Source: Fistulifera solaris
Taxonomy: Eukaryota
DNA: 64,000 bases
Direction of reading: 5' to 3'
Assembly: GCA_030295235.1 (NCBI GenBank)
Contig: AP026126.1
Span: 1,240,001 to 1,304,000, forward strand
Shown in pieces: positions 20,521-34,107 of the stretch (position 1 is the first letter of the stretch; each line of letters begins with the position of its first letter). The notes beneath the pieces are model-generated. The model did not search any database. It was given only the letters and a program-made list of their open reading frames with translations, and was not told where the DNA came from. A program made the translations under genes and the position numbers.

Positions 20521-23500
20521 ATGGAAACAGATGATATTCATTTCGTTAAGATGGCGGAGGATGTGGCACAAAAAGCAGTAACAATCATCACACATTGTCT
20601 GGATGAGTTGCGTGATACAGAAGTCATCACCGCGTTCCGGACGGAGCACCTTCTTCTGCCAGTCTCCGACGTGCTTCAACAAGCACGTGCACTCCATGGC
20701 GATGCAACAAATGATAAAGGTCAAACAATTGTTGCCAATTCAGTGCGCCAAGTAATTGTTTTCGGCATTTTTGTACCTTTATTCGAGGCACTCACGTGTG
20801 CTTACAGAGTTCTCGACCGCATTCCCGAACCTCCTGTGATCAAGGGAGTCAAACCCAAGCCTCCTCCGGGGATGCTATCGCTACGAAATTACACCGATGT
20901 GGCTTGTGCAACGGAATGTGCAGTTCTTTTAGGTATTCTCCCTCATTTAGAACCGAATGTGCTGCTTGCCTCACTCGAACGATTGCGGTACAGCTTACCC
21001 AAATCCTTGGCGGGGCGATTGCCACGCCGACTGCTGTTGCAATCAAAAATGGTTGTAGATTTAGACTCTCGCGTGGCTGAGCTGGATGCCGTTGCTCGAG
21101 CCATTGGAAATTTAATTTCGCTGGATCGCTTTCGGCCCATGTTGCTGCCACGACATGTCGCAGACTTATACGCGGCTTTGCTACAAGCCAACCACGAGTC
21201 GCCCACAACTACACGGGGCTTACCCTGGTTATTTCAATCTACAGTGCCTACTCTTTTGCAAGCCAAAACATTTCAAATGTTATTGCTTTTTTGGTACGAA
21301 AGGACCTCTGTGGTTACGACAAGCCGTCTCCATCTATCTGACCGATCTCGCGGTACAAGATTTGTCAGCTATTGTTCAAGTCTTTGTCATGCCCGACATA
21401 AATTCTTCCTGCAGCTGCCATTCGTTTAGCCAAGACACTTCAAGTCAGTCGTCGAAAAGAGGACGACGAGGAATTCCACTATTTTTCTTCCTTGTTGCAC
21501 CAATGTTTTTCTTTCTTGTCTCACCTAGAGAACCAAGAGGCATCAAAAGTGCAATCCGTCGTACATACCGCGTGGGCGATTCTGGACATCATCCCCGTGG
21601 ATTGTTGGCGAAAATCAGTGCATTTCGATGCCACTTCTCCCATAGTCTTGTCACAATTTCTCAATCTATTTTCGTCGAGTACCACCGTCGAGCGATGCTC
21701 GACGTGTCATTGAATGGCTATGGGAAAGTATCGGAGAAGAGCCCAGTATCTGGTGCCTGTGGTGGCGACTGGCAGCTCATTCGGAAGTTTTACATGTACC
21801 AGTCGTTGAGAAAGTAAAACAATTGCTTCGTCTCGTGACTGTTATTTGGCTAGAACACGCTAAGAAGAACACAATCCAAAGGCGTGACAGGCTAGTGTTC
21901 CATTTGCTGCACGCACTTGCTCCGATTCCATGGGACGAAACTAAGTATTTACATATTGATCAACAAAGTATCCGAATCGAAGAACGAGAATCTAATTTAG
22001 CTGATCTCTCTGAAATGGCTCGTTTGGTCGAAAAAGGACTCTTGTTATGATTCATACCGTTTTGAAGAGCGATGATAATGAAGTGAGACTACTAGCTTCC
22101 TCTTTCTTTGCCTTGATTTTGAAGCTGTATCTCTCCTCCAATGGACTTGCTAAATCCTCTTTCCGATTAGTTCCCCTTGTTGCACTACCTCTTCTCTGCG
22201 AAGAGCTATCTCTCGAACCACTGTTGATCAGCAATGATAACAATGGAATTTTTGAGATGATGAAGTTCGCATTTGGTTGCATGGTAAAGCATTTCAGAGG
22301 AGAAAAGGAGATTGTTGCCGATTCGCTTTTCAGCTTAGACGAAAAGCGATTGTTAGAGGACCTGACGAGGTTGGGATCATCGCAAAGCATCCAAGAGTTT
22401 GCCATTGAACTGAGTCCAGAGACGCTGCTCTCAGTAGGGTCGCTTCTTCTTGGTATGCTAATCAGTATTTTGGAGTTAGGAGCTCAGGAGAGATCGATTG
22501 CCGATGAAGAAGTTCTGCAATCATTTATCGGACCACTCCAGACGTTCGCTCGGGTCACGGCTGACAGCGACGACATTTCATCGTCAACAAAGGTGGAGAT
22601 AGGAGAAATGTCCAGTCACGTTGTTGCTTTACTTGCTTCTAGAAAGGTTATAGAGCCGCAACAGAAGAACGCAACTGCTCAAAGTTTTGTTGACAAGGTT
22701 GCACAAATTGAGCAAGATCTGAAATCTTCCGAGCCACCTATTCGTGCACGCGGAGTCGTCACACTGCGCCATTTGGCTGGTGCTGTCGATGGTGCGACGG
22801 ATCGCACGGAATTTCTTTCGATTTTAAAATTGGCCGTTTCTGCCTTGGCGGACAAGGAATCGTACGTTTATTTGGCCGCTATACATACTCTTGCTGCTGT
22901 TGCAGATATTGTACCACCGATCGTGATTCCTATGATGGGTAGAGCAGTTGCTATTGGAACACTAAACTATGAAAGGTTGTCGGAGGAACAACGGATTAAA
23001 CTAGCGGAAGCATTGATTGCTGTGATTCGACGCAAGGCAGCTATCGATGAGTACTCCCCGTTTTTAATTGAGTATATGCTTTGGGGCTCCCCCAGCAATA
23101 AAACAACGGCAACACTATCACATGCGAAAACGATACAGCAGCAGACTCACGAATATTTTGTTGGGCCAGGAGATGATGAAGCAGAAGAAGACAAAAGCTT
23201 TGAAGAGCAAATGATTCGGCTCAACACAGGCGGCCCGCTGTTTAAAAACGAAGAAAGTGACATTCTTCAAGCTAGTTTCCTTCAGATTGTATCCGAACTT
23301 TGGGGATCTATTCGATCGGATGCTTACATCGGAAGTGTGATGCATGCTTGTAGACTTTCCGTGTCTCTGGATTCAGGTCGGCCTGTCAGACGTGCTGGTG
23401 CTCTTTTAGCACGACAAATGTATTCCAGGCTTTTGGAGCGAGGTGACCTAGACGAAGCGCGTTCTATGGTTGCTGCTAATGAGGAAGGCTTATACGCGTC

Positions 23501-23750
23501 TCTAGTTCGATGTTACAGTCTCAAGGATCTTAAAGACTTGGAAAGTGAAAGGTTATATGACCCTGCTACGGAAGCTCGCTGTCGAGAGGCACTTGATTTG
23601 CGGCAAGAAGCGATCGAGCTTCTCAAGATGGGAAATCTAGCTTGGTCGGTCCAGAAACAAGAAGACGCGAATCCGATCATTCATTTACTGAAACAGAGCA
23701 ATGTAGCTACAAAAATTCCAAAAAGCTTTTTGATCAAAGAGATTGACTAA
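20521..23750 (+). CDS. TANGO6: TANGO6/Rtp1-like ARM/HEAT protein
   Basis: DLKSSEPPIRARGVVTL and LADKESYVYLAAI match the RTP1 C1 region. Several consecutive plus-strand ORFs are joined by frameshifts. Confidence 0.7.
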
Positions 23751-24272
23751 TCATAGTCTATAAACTATTAAGGCCGACAAAGCCGGTCCTCCTTGGCCAC
23801 CATATCTTCTGTCTTCTTTCTTCAATTTTCTATCTAGTCAGAGCGCGACGCTATCCATAATTGATGTTAAGATTATTGTTGAACGGAAATGGAAGGTTTG
23901 CCTTGAATTTGAGTAGCGCCTAGTCTGTTACCAGCGAGATCCACAAATGAGACAAGCGAAAATCGCACATAAACATTCGACATAGTCGCTCTATTGCCAA
24001 TTGATATATGGAAGCAATAAAGCCAGCAATAGCTTTTTACTTGTACGTTAAATGATACGGAGTACTCCAGTACCTAGTATATGATCGATGATGTAGCAAG
24101 AAATCTGTTCTGTATCATGACTGAGATTCAGTCTTGTTAGCTGGGAGCCTACACTTTAGCCTACAGTGGCGTCCTATCATTCGTGACAAAAGGCTTGCGT
24201 TGTGTACTAACAAAAACCCATCATCATCATTCTTAAAACACAGACAGCAACCATTCACTTCTTACACTGAAA

Positions 24273-25232
24273 ATGTTCCCTCTACAGTCCATCATAGGCT
24301 TAGGAGTACGTGCTAACTCCAGAACCGCGGTTCGATGTCAAAGTAATCTCATCGATATTCTCGAGCAAGTCAGCAAGGGACAACTTGAGCCCCAGGAGGC
24401 TGCAAAGCTTTTTCCGGAAGCAAGCCAAGATGAAACGTTAAAAAATTCGCAAATCTTGACCATCACCGCTCCTTACGTGTCGGATTTCCGGAGGCTATTT
24501 TCGCACAAGGCAAAACAGCACAGCAAGTGGCTCGGATACTGGATGATATGGCGTTTCAACAGAATGAAGCCGTCGACACTACCACGGTGGCGAAAACGGC
24601 CATTCTCGCGACAAGGTAAGAAAGTTGCTAAGAAATTCTCATGATTGACCACTAATGGTTCTTGGTCTCAGAACTGTGATTATAAAAAAATTAGAGTCGA
24701 TCAAGAAATGTACGAAACGCTTTCCGAATACAACTTTCGGCACGGTGTTATTGACTACTATAAGGACGCCCGCATTGTTTCAATGAAAGCATCAGGGACA
24801 ACAGAGCTTCCTGTCCTTCCTAAAACACGTGTAGTAGTCGTTACAGCCGGCACAACTGACATTCCTGTGGCTGAGGAAGCCGCTGTCACACTGGAGGCAA
24901 CCCACGGTTGTCATGTCGACCGCGTCAACGACGCTGGTGTTGCTGGTTTACATCGGATTTTGCGCGCACTCCCTACACTGACTCATCCGGATGTTGGTTG
25001 CGTGATTGTTTGTGCCGGAATGGATGGTGCTCTTCCTAGTGTGGTCGGAGGACTGGTTAGCGTTCCTGTAATCGCCGTACCAACATCAATCGGATACGGA
25101 GCCTCCTTTGGCGGTATAAGTGCCATGCTAACTATGATGAATTCATGTAGTCCAGGAGTAGGGGTTGTGAATATTGATAACGGCTTTGGAGCAGCAGCGA
25201 TGGCATACAAATTTGTCCGTCGCCTCGGGTGA
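24273..25232 (+). CDS. larB: LarB/CpmA family protein (PurE-like; nickel-pincer cofactor biosynthesis), with N-terminal extension
   Basis: [24 protein letters not shown] (after a frameshift near 24445), [47 protein letters not shown] and [15 protein letters not shown] intron 24616-24694. Confidence 0.92.
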
Positions 25233-25545
25233 GACCGAAATTGCTATTATTTTCAAAGACTAAGACACAAACATTTTGTCCATTTGATCGACTTTTACAT
25301 ATTACTCTTTAAACAAAGGAGAAAGAGCTCCCAAGCCAACACCTAGCCCCAGCACCCAGTCACAAAGGAATCAGGACTTGCCGGTGGTACCGGTCCGATG
25401 TGTAGGCAGTGTACCTTTACTGACGTGTTCATGAACAAGGTGTCACATCGTGCCAACTCTCCAAGATTTCATCACACAAATTCTAGTCGAACAACACATT
25501 CACTCCGATAAACATCGTGTTGAAAAATTCAAATAGTTTGCTAAG

Positions 25546-26090
25546 ATGCGCGCAATTAGCCTTTCCCTTATCAGTATCGCTTTGTCGCTTTCCCAGACAT
25601 CGGCGTTCTCGGTTGGCGACAACTCACGAAGGGCGTTTCTAGCACAAACAGCCGGGTCGGCGGCAGCTCTTCTGGGAGCTCAAACCGCTTTCGCCGCCCC
25701 TGAAGTGATTACTACACCTAGCGGAATCAAATATGTGGTTACGAAGCCGCCAAAAGAAGCGCCAAAATCGATCAAGGGTGACATCATCGCCATTGAGTAC
25801 ACTGGCTATTTGCCGAACGGACAAATTTTTGATGCTACCCATGCCGAGGGCAAAAGAACGCTCTTATGTTTGAACTCGGTGGTAACGCAGTAATTGATGG
25901 GATCAATGAAATGGTGGCAGATATGGGCGTTGGTGAAAAACGCCAGGTAATCGTCCCAGCTTCCTTGGCTTTCAAGGACAAAGGCATTTGTGTCGAAAAA
26001 GAGGGAGGGGAGAACGAATGTCTAATCAAACCCGGCCAGACTCTCGTTTACGACATTAGCCTTAAACGGACATCCATTCCACCACCATAA
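25546..26090 (+). CDS. FKBP-type peptidyl-prolyl isomerase, probably thylakoid lumen
   Basis: Signal peptide ending TSA-F, twin-arginine SRRAFL, IEYTGYLPNGQIFD, VIDGINE..MGVGEKRQVIVPASLAF. Frameshift near 25855. Confidence 0.9.
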
Positions 26091-26247
26091 TTCCGAAGAG
26101 CAGCGTGTACGTCTAAAATGATCCAAATTCTTTTTCGGCGACTAAGATCAGACCAGAATCATGAAACACAACCTACATGCAGGTCGCCTTTCCACGTCGA
26201 TGTTAACTGAAAAAAATATAGAAGAATAACTAAGTTATAATTTACAT

Positions 26248-28389
26248 CTACCAGCTTCCATTCTCAATGCTAAGTGCGCGCGATCTCTTTAACGTGTTCG
26301 CCCACGTTTCATGTAAAGATGCTCGTTTAACATCAAAACTTGGCTCCTTGAAAACGGATGATTCCGCCGATTTGTTTGACATATCCGAAGCATTGGATTC
26401 ATAACTCATTGGTTCAAAAGAACGGACGTCATCTCCTTCATGGTCGCGAAGAGAATCGTTGTCACTGGCGTCGCCATCGCTTTCGTCGTCACTGTCGGAT
26501 GAGTCTTCTTCGAGAACTTTGTCCTGCTCTCTATCAGCGCTTTCTTCGTTATTATCATCATCCGAAACCGAAGGCAGCAAGGGCTCTTCCCAGTGACCAT
26601 AGAAAGGTTCAACATGTTTACTTGATCGGTGTAATAAGTATGGATCAAAGGAAAGAACGAATCCAAAGGATTCATACCATGGCCCATACCTCCAACACCT
26701 CCTGTTTGGCGCTCCTTTTCCAAAGTAGCCGGAGTCGAAATTGTAGAGCGACGTTTCTTTCGTTGTTTCCCGGCCTCGGACGCCAGGCGTTTCTCTTCGG
26801 CGACTAGTTGACTCAGAACTTGTTCGCTTATCAAATCAAAATTCTTTGAGATCACTAAAAACTCGGATCGGACACTTTCAAGGCAATATCGAAGCGGTTG
26901 CAGTGGATGTTCGCACAACCTAGTCCATCGCTCGGCGCTAATATCGATTCGAGACGGCTCGTAGTAAGGAGAGTCCGACGAAGAAAGAGCATCGCGGTGG
27001 AATTCAAGTGCCTCGACACCACGGAAACACATGATGTAAAAGCTAGACTGGCAGACCGTGTAAAGAGTGAATGCAAGCTGCACTGATTCCGTATGTCCAC
27101 TGCATAAACAGCAGATGACTGCAATGTTGCGACATACGCTTCCGCCCACCGTAGTAAGGCGGAAACGGCCTCGCAGATTGTTTCTGCACAAACGTACGTA
27201 GCGCGGCTGACGAAGGAGGCCAAGTAGCAAGCCGCGCATTGTCGGATGGCAATAGCACGGTACGGATCTAACACGATTTCGATTAGCTTTGACGCATACT
27301 CTCGGTAGAGAAGAGATGCCTCCGTATCATCTTTCATCTGTATGCTTTCCAATCCGCACAAATGTAGAATAAGAAACTGCACGAACTTGGACTTGTGCGT
27401 TATTAAAATTGACTTCTCAAACGATCGCAACAGAGTATTGAAAATTTTGTACGCATTGGAAAGATCTTGTTCGCACCGACTTTCAATGTACTCAAAAAGT
27501 ATTTTCATGATAGAATCCAGTCGGTCCGCCATTTCATCCACAGTCGCGTCTTCCGGAAGGATCTCCTTAGGTTTTTCTTCTAAGTCCAACTGGAAGATAC
27601 CAGGATCATCGCAATCGCGATCAATCGACACTTCTCCTCCATCATTTATCTTTATTTCGACATCCATTTCCAAACAACGATCAATCATCAGTGCGATAAG
27701 TTCGCCTTCCATTGATGGAATGTACTCCAAGACATCGAGACAATTCTTGTAGTACCATCTAAGAGAAGACTCCTCTTTCTTCCGAAATGGTGTATTAGAA
27801 GACACAATGGGAAACATTTCCATTTTCCCCGTAGGACACATGAACATGATGGTAGCTAAGGCCGCATGCACGCGATACCATCTCTCTACGGATGCGTCTT
27901 CTTGAGATATAACAAGCTTCCACAGAGCGGAGATAGTAGGGACCAGCAATGTCGAATTCGCTGAAACAAGAACAACCAGCAAATTAAAATGAGCATCGAC
28001 TAAGGTGAAGTCAATGACTTTGTTGTTACCGTCCCCTTCCTCGGAACTCTGAGCGAACGGATCAAATCGCACAATCATGTGTATTAATCTCGCATGCTTT
28101 TTCGAAATGCTAGTCAGGCAATGCACCGTATTCTGACTAGTCCTCATGGCGAGCATAATCTTTTCAATAGCGGTAAATCGTGTTTGAGTCGAAACGCATC
28201 GGTCAAAGCTTTGTAACTCTTGTTGGGAGGAAGATCTGGACCTTGTTCGTGCTGTTCTTGCACGGCTTTGGATACGAACGACTCAATCGGACCGAATTCA
28301 CTTGGAGGAGGAAGTTCGCATTTAGGAAGGACAAATTTTGATTCTGGTTGAACAAGACTGGCGTCCATGCTTTCATGCAGCGGAACCAT
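26248..28389 (-). CDS. RRN3: RNA polymerase I initiation factor RRN3/TIF-IA
   Basis: LEMDVEI, ILITHKSKFVQFLI, AACYLASFVSRA, FYTVCQSSFYIMCFR, LQPLRYC and PLDSFFP(FDPY). Three frameshifts. Confidence 0.92.
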
Positions 28390-29184
28390 CAACTGTTCTG
28401 TTTGGTTTTTTTTCTATTCTGATCCATTTTGACATCCATTTCGACGCTAACTTCGGCTGCTAAGTCTGCGTCTGTCATTCTCTTGTATATTGGTAAAAAG
28501 ATAAGTGTACTTGATCAATAAATGGCTAATTTTGCCACAATAATGATAAGGTCGCTAACAATATAGAACGAGAAAATAATAGTGATGGTGGAGGAGAAAA
28601 GCACGGTGCACGGTTTCTGGCTGGGTGGTAGAGATTTGGCCGTGTACCCCCTACTACTTGTACCTCTGTCCCCACGACGACCGGGACATCGGCAGACGCC
28701 CAAGGCACAGACACGACGGTTTTTCCAGTAAAGGAAGTATTACATCACCTCCAAGAAATTCGATTGGTGATTTCTAATGATCACATTGTTAGACGATATA
28801 TTAGCATCCACGGATCGAACAATGTGCTAAGTGCGTACGTAGTGCTGCATGGAAATGATAATGTCGATTGTATCCGGGACTGCGATTCAGTGGAGTCGGA
28901 AATCGTTCAAACCACTTTCTAAGCTACAATAAATGCCTTGCATGTATTTTTTGTTTTCGATATATACAGTTCAAAGCGTGCCGGTTTTCATTTCCTTTAA
29001 TTTTAATTTGTCTTCTTCCTGCTTGTTAAGTCCCCGGTCTACATTAACCTTTATACTATTTTTTATCTGGTATTGCATCAAGGAACGCTTCGTCGCAAGT
29101 TTCGCTCGTTCCTTTCCCATGTTACCAGCCGTCATTTTCGACGGCGACCTCTTTCGAAGGAACAAAAATCATCAAGAGACAACC

Positions 29185-30928
29185 ATGGCGGACCCGGGTG
29201 AAGACCCGGGTGTGGCACGGCTGCCAAATGAGGAACAAGTTGATACGGATGCCTATGAAAATTTAGAATTATCGTTCGATGATATCGAAGGCGAAGATCT
29301 GATGGCTCGAATTGATCCTCCCAGAACGACGCACGAACCCGACGACCTGAAAAAGAAAGCATTCGATGATTTTGGTGGATTTCCCGACTCGGGAATGGGT
29401 GAGGATTACATATTAGGGACACTTATAGTCAGGGTGGTAGCTGCTAGAGGTTTAGAATCGGTTGGCGGGGAGGATTTGGAAAGCTTTTGTTTGGCGGCGA
29501 TGCACGCAATCCTCGATCCTCCGGGGGACGACAGGCTGCGCGAAAGGCGGGCTCTCCTAATCCGTATGCGAGCGTTCGCTTTGGCACAACAACTCAACGC
29601 ACTTCGGAAGTGTACAATACTGTAGATCCGATCTGGCCGAGAGGTGAATCTATGTACATGGATGTTGTGCAACCGAAATGGGAACAATTGACGGGAGAAA
29701 GTTCGGATGTCAAGTCCAGTTTCTCTTCCGATGACAGTTTGGGAAAACAATCGAACAAAATACATTATGGAAAGACTTCGCGAGAAATCGTACAAAAACA
29801 CAGAGAAATGGCGAAACCCATATTGACGGTGGCTGTTTTTCACGCCAGTGAAGGAGGGAAAACTCTCAAATTTCCCGACAAAAGTCAAGCGAGCGGCGAC
29901 AGTGATGACAAATTCCTCGGCATGACTGCTATTGACCTTACTGAATTAATAACGGGCAAAATCAGATCGTACGATGAATGGTTGTCACTGAACGGGTCGA
30001 AATCAGATCGTGCTGAAATCCGAATCTATTGTGAGTACGAACCCAGCGATGGACGAATTCAAGCTGGTGACATGGTTCGATTTACCGATTACTGTCATCC
30101 GGCCGATATCTACCCGCTTTTGGCGGGACAGAAGTACAAAGTTGCTGAAGTAGAAGGAGACGACGTGATTGTGTCGCACGTCACTCCAGAGGGGTGGATG
30201 ACTTCCTTTGTGCCCACCGGAACATGCTGATTTGTGAGGAACGTCACGTGGACGCCATTGATGTGGCACATGATGAGCTAGCCTCGATTACCGCTAGGTT
30301 AGCTCATTCACCACTAATGGAAACGCTTAGTCAAACCGTGCAACGCCTCCCAGATGAAGGGCTAGTAAATGTCGGTGTCGATGCTGTTCGTGGTGGTGCT
30401 CACTTGCTGACACGATGGCTGGAAAATGGTTTGGGTACGGCTCTTGGGGATATTGCGTACGCCACCAACTGGGACGGACGTTTCAATCCGGATATTGCAG
30501 ATACTCTTTCCACCACATCTTTGGAAGAAGACGATGCTTCAAGTCGACGGCAAGAATCACTGTTTGAAGATAGGAAACTTCCAGCGGCTGAAGTTGTACT
30601 TGATACTCCAGATATTGAACCGCTACCGAATATGCCAGCTTGCCCGATCACGGGAGAACCCATGCGCGAACCAGTGGTTGCTGCAGACGGACACACTTAT
30701 GAGAGAAGTGCGATCGCGAGGTGGCTTCAAGCGAGTGACAAGAGTCCTCTGACTGGTTCGGTCCTGTTGCACAAAAATCTTGTTCCAAATTACATGTTAC
30801 TTTCCAGTCTACAGGAAGCAAATGATGGTAGGTCTAGTGCAACCTGCGAGGAGGTCGTTGCGGCATCTGTGAAGCGATTACCCGATGACAGCTTGGACGA
30901 AGCCACAGCAGAAGTGAACATTGACTAA
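29185..30928 (+). CDS. C2-domain and U-box protein (putative E3 ligase)
   Basis: C2 elements GTLIVRVVAARGL, NPYASVRFG, DPIW and DKFLGMTAIDLTEL. U-box CPITGEPMREPVVAADGHTYERSAIARW..SPLTG..LVPNY. Two frameshifts. Confidence 0.88.
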
Positions 30929-30933
30929 ATCGA

Positions 30934-31807
30934 TCATCTGTTAGACCTTATTCTTTTGTACACCAAAGTTTCGTACGCAACTCCTACATCCCCCTTTGTT
31001 GAGACGTGTTTGTCTCGCGAGACAAGTCGATATGTATTATCCCATCGATAACGGGATGGAAATCGTGAGTACTTCCGGATACCTGTAATCGTTACGGGTT
31101 TATCGACCAAAGTCAAATGCAACCATTCCGCCGACGGATGCTGAAGTGCCTCTTGATACAGTCGCTCTCCGCCCGCAATCCAGCAATGCAAATTGTCACA
31201 ATCGTTGTCGGTATCCGCGTTCAGTGTCTTGGCAAGCGTATTGGCCATTTGCAACGCCTGATCGAAGGAAGGAACTACATGCAACGAATCTCCAGCTAAG
31301 TTGGTCAGAGCGTTGGAAACAACAATGCTGTGGGCAGAATGAGAAATATGTCGCTGATTCTTTTCTTCTTCAAATGTTCGTCGACCAATGACTAGTATTT
31401 TGTTGCGTGTCAAAGCCTTGAACATTTCTCGTTCTTCGGGTAAATCCCAAGGCAAGATCCCGTCAACTCCGATCACATTGTTTTCTCGTGCCGCGGCAGC
31501 CACAATACCGAATCGAAAGTCTGTGAGTTTTCTTTCGTTGTTCGTCTACTTGTTCAGAATTTAAAAAGTGAGCCAATGATTTGAAGCGTCCTTCTCGTGA
31601 TGGTGACGGCCGACTTACTCTTTCATCGTCCGAGTTGTTGCGCGTGTTTTCGCGTCGTTTCTTGTTCGGTGACTCGGATGGCGCACACCAGGAAAGTTCT
31701 TTCACAGAAAGTTGTCGTGATTGATTCCATAGTTTCTTCTCTAATGCGCTTCGAAAACTTGTGTGACGCAATGAAACGAATGACATGGCGAATGAGAAGC
31801 TGGTCAT
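30934..31807 (-). CDS. Stand-alone dihydrofolate reductase-like protein with N-terminal extension
   Basis: GIVAAAARENNVIGVDGILPWDLPEEREMFK, LVIGRRTFE, WIAGGERLYQEAL, LHLTLVD. Probable intron 31618-31521. Start position tentative. Confidence 0.8.
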
Positions 31808-32226
31808 AAAAAAATCAAATATCACGCTTGTTGTTTACACCGCGAGCGTCAAATGTGCAAGGTTGATTCGCAGCTCGCAGCCTCTAATTGTTAGAAAACG
31901 GTAGTTTATATTTGTGTTGTTAGTTATGCTACCAGGTAAGCATGCTAAAAAAGTGATGCATTTATCATTTTTTTTTTCTCGATCGACGAAGAGGCCGTCA
32001 GTGTCTGACCGCCAGCCGACCCTCGCTTTCTTAAACAATAACCATGTACAAAAATACTCTGTACTTTCTTCCAACAAGACGAAGCTCGCATTACCCATTA
32101 CTCACTCATTGTGTCGTTCAAGATAAAGGCAACCAAAAAGCGCGTGAAACATACGAGTAAATACACTCCTAAAAACGTAGTGCCATCGTCAATCATAGAT
32201 AGATCTTATATAAAAGTGCTGAACAG

Positions 32227-32620
32227 ATGGTGGATGCGAAAAAGTCGGGTGGCCTAAAAGGCATTCTTCAACGAACCGGAAAGTTCTTTTACTCTGGTGG
32301 CCTTTACGCCTACCAGTTCGCGAAAGTAGGATATGTTTACGGTGGAAAGGTCGCATTCTCTGTGGCTACGACTTCCATGATTGTTCTAATGCCTCTTTTA
32401 TTTGAAATTGCGAGGGAGGGTCAGGTACGTGTTCAAGCGGCAACATAAGCCTCGTAATGAATCAATCTTATCGTCTTTATCGCAACAGATGATTGAAACA
32501 GAACGCGCCCAGATTAAGGATCTTAAGAGTAAAGGTTACTCGGAACGACAGCTTCAGGAAATGGGATTTAGTGAATCTGCTTTGTTTCAACCGTCCGTCG
32601 CTTCCCTTCAAGCTAAGTAG
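32227..32620 (+). CDS. TOM22: Mitochondrial import receptor Tom22 (short, TOM9-like)
   Basis: GKVAFSVATTSMIVLMPLLFEIAREGQ transmembrane motif. Intron 32425-32488 joins the two ORFs in frame. Confidence 0.8.
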
Positions 32621-34107
32621 ACAGACAGATGATTTTCTGGATCGATGATTCACCTACTTTGCCCCAATTATGATTTGCAACGGGCAGTATCAATGCGTCT
32701 ATTGTTATGCCGCAGGCTATTCAAAAAGCCGGCTCAGCAACCCTATATACCCTAAAAAATGTTTTCGATACAAAGCATGACTACTCAAACTTATCGCTCT
32801 TACGTATGCGTTAGACAGCAACTATGTCGTTTTGAAATCAAAGCTTTCTGAATCATTATCATCGCTAGCTGCATCGTCGTGATGTGTTTGCACGTCGGAT
32901 CGCGCTTCGCGACAGCGAGTTAAAGAAATGAGATCACAACGATCTGGTTGGCATCAAGAAGTGAGGTATAACAAACAAACACTGGTGGCAGTAATTTGTT
33001 CGTATTAAAGACACTTGTAACTTGTAGCTTACCAGGCTAGCAAAACAATAGCTGTGTACATCGTAGTCCGGCTTGTGAATGTGTTGATTCATGACTGAAA
33101 TGCAGTCGTGGTGCTAAACGAACGACGAACGACACCTTCGTTATACAATTACTTGTAATTCGCATGACAACGATCTGCACGAAAAGTCGGCATCAAGAAG
33201 CGACATATGCATAATAAGCATTGATGGCGTAGTAAAAGAATAGGTCTGTAAATCGTAGTTTGGATTTTTTTAAATTGGGGTTCAGCGCCGTCGCTGCGAA
33301 GTCTTAAGACGATCGGTTGTCCCCGGTTGTGTCTGAATCAGTCAGGAGCCCCTTTCGCCGTCACCAGTGACCTGGCAACAGTTTGGGTGTGTGTGACTAT
33401 GTAAGGATTACTGGTAATGGATAAAAAACGGGTCCTAAATGTGTTTGGTGGATTTCATCCGCAGTCACATCCACTTGGTCCGTTGTGTTTGTACCTGGTA
33501 TTAGGGACTCGGTTCTCTTGTAGGTTGTAGGGATAGTCTGCATTCTGCATAAGGTTACTTTGCAGTAAGCCATTTTTGTTTTAATTATTTCATTTTGGTT
33601 GCGGTTTGGTTTTCTGTACCGGATGACAATGACGGATGGCGGCTGGCGGTTTGGACGTTTGGACACTCATTTTTATTATACGAGTTGATCCGGCATTGAA
33701 GTTTCTGGGAGATGGTGTCATGAATCTGTTCCCATCTACCAGCTGTTGCCATCTGTTCACATTTTGTTCGCCGATTCAAATTTCTACCTGGTACAGACTT
33801 GCGCTACCGTGCGATATTTGCGCGCAAACTGCGTGCAAACGATGATTCGGTGAGGATGAGGAGGATGTTTTGATAAGCTCGTGGTAAGACTTGTCCGCTT
33901 TACCAACAACAATACACAATCAAGAGTCTATTGCATGATAATTACACAACAGCAATATTGGAGGTATCCAAAACAATTAGCAAGACAAAGAGTGGACTAG
34001 ATACTAGGTATTTCATCCTATTGACTCTTTTTATCGCATAAGTAACTGAGCCGAAGAATATTTGACATCGAGTTTTTGACCTGTTCACGTTGGCGGGAAA
34101 GTGAACG

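Noticed and set aside
32640..34100. Long intergenic region as a hidden gene or RNA
   Set aside because: Only short ORFs, a weak repeat (ACAACGATCTG..GGCATCAAGAAG at about 32936 and 33167) and a few small hairpins; nothing supportable.
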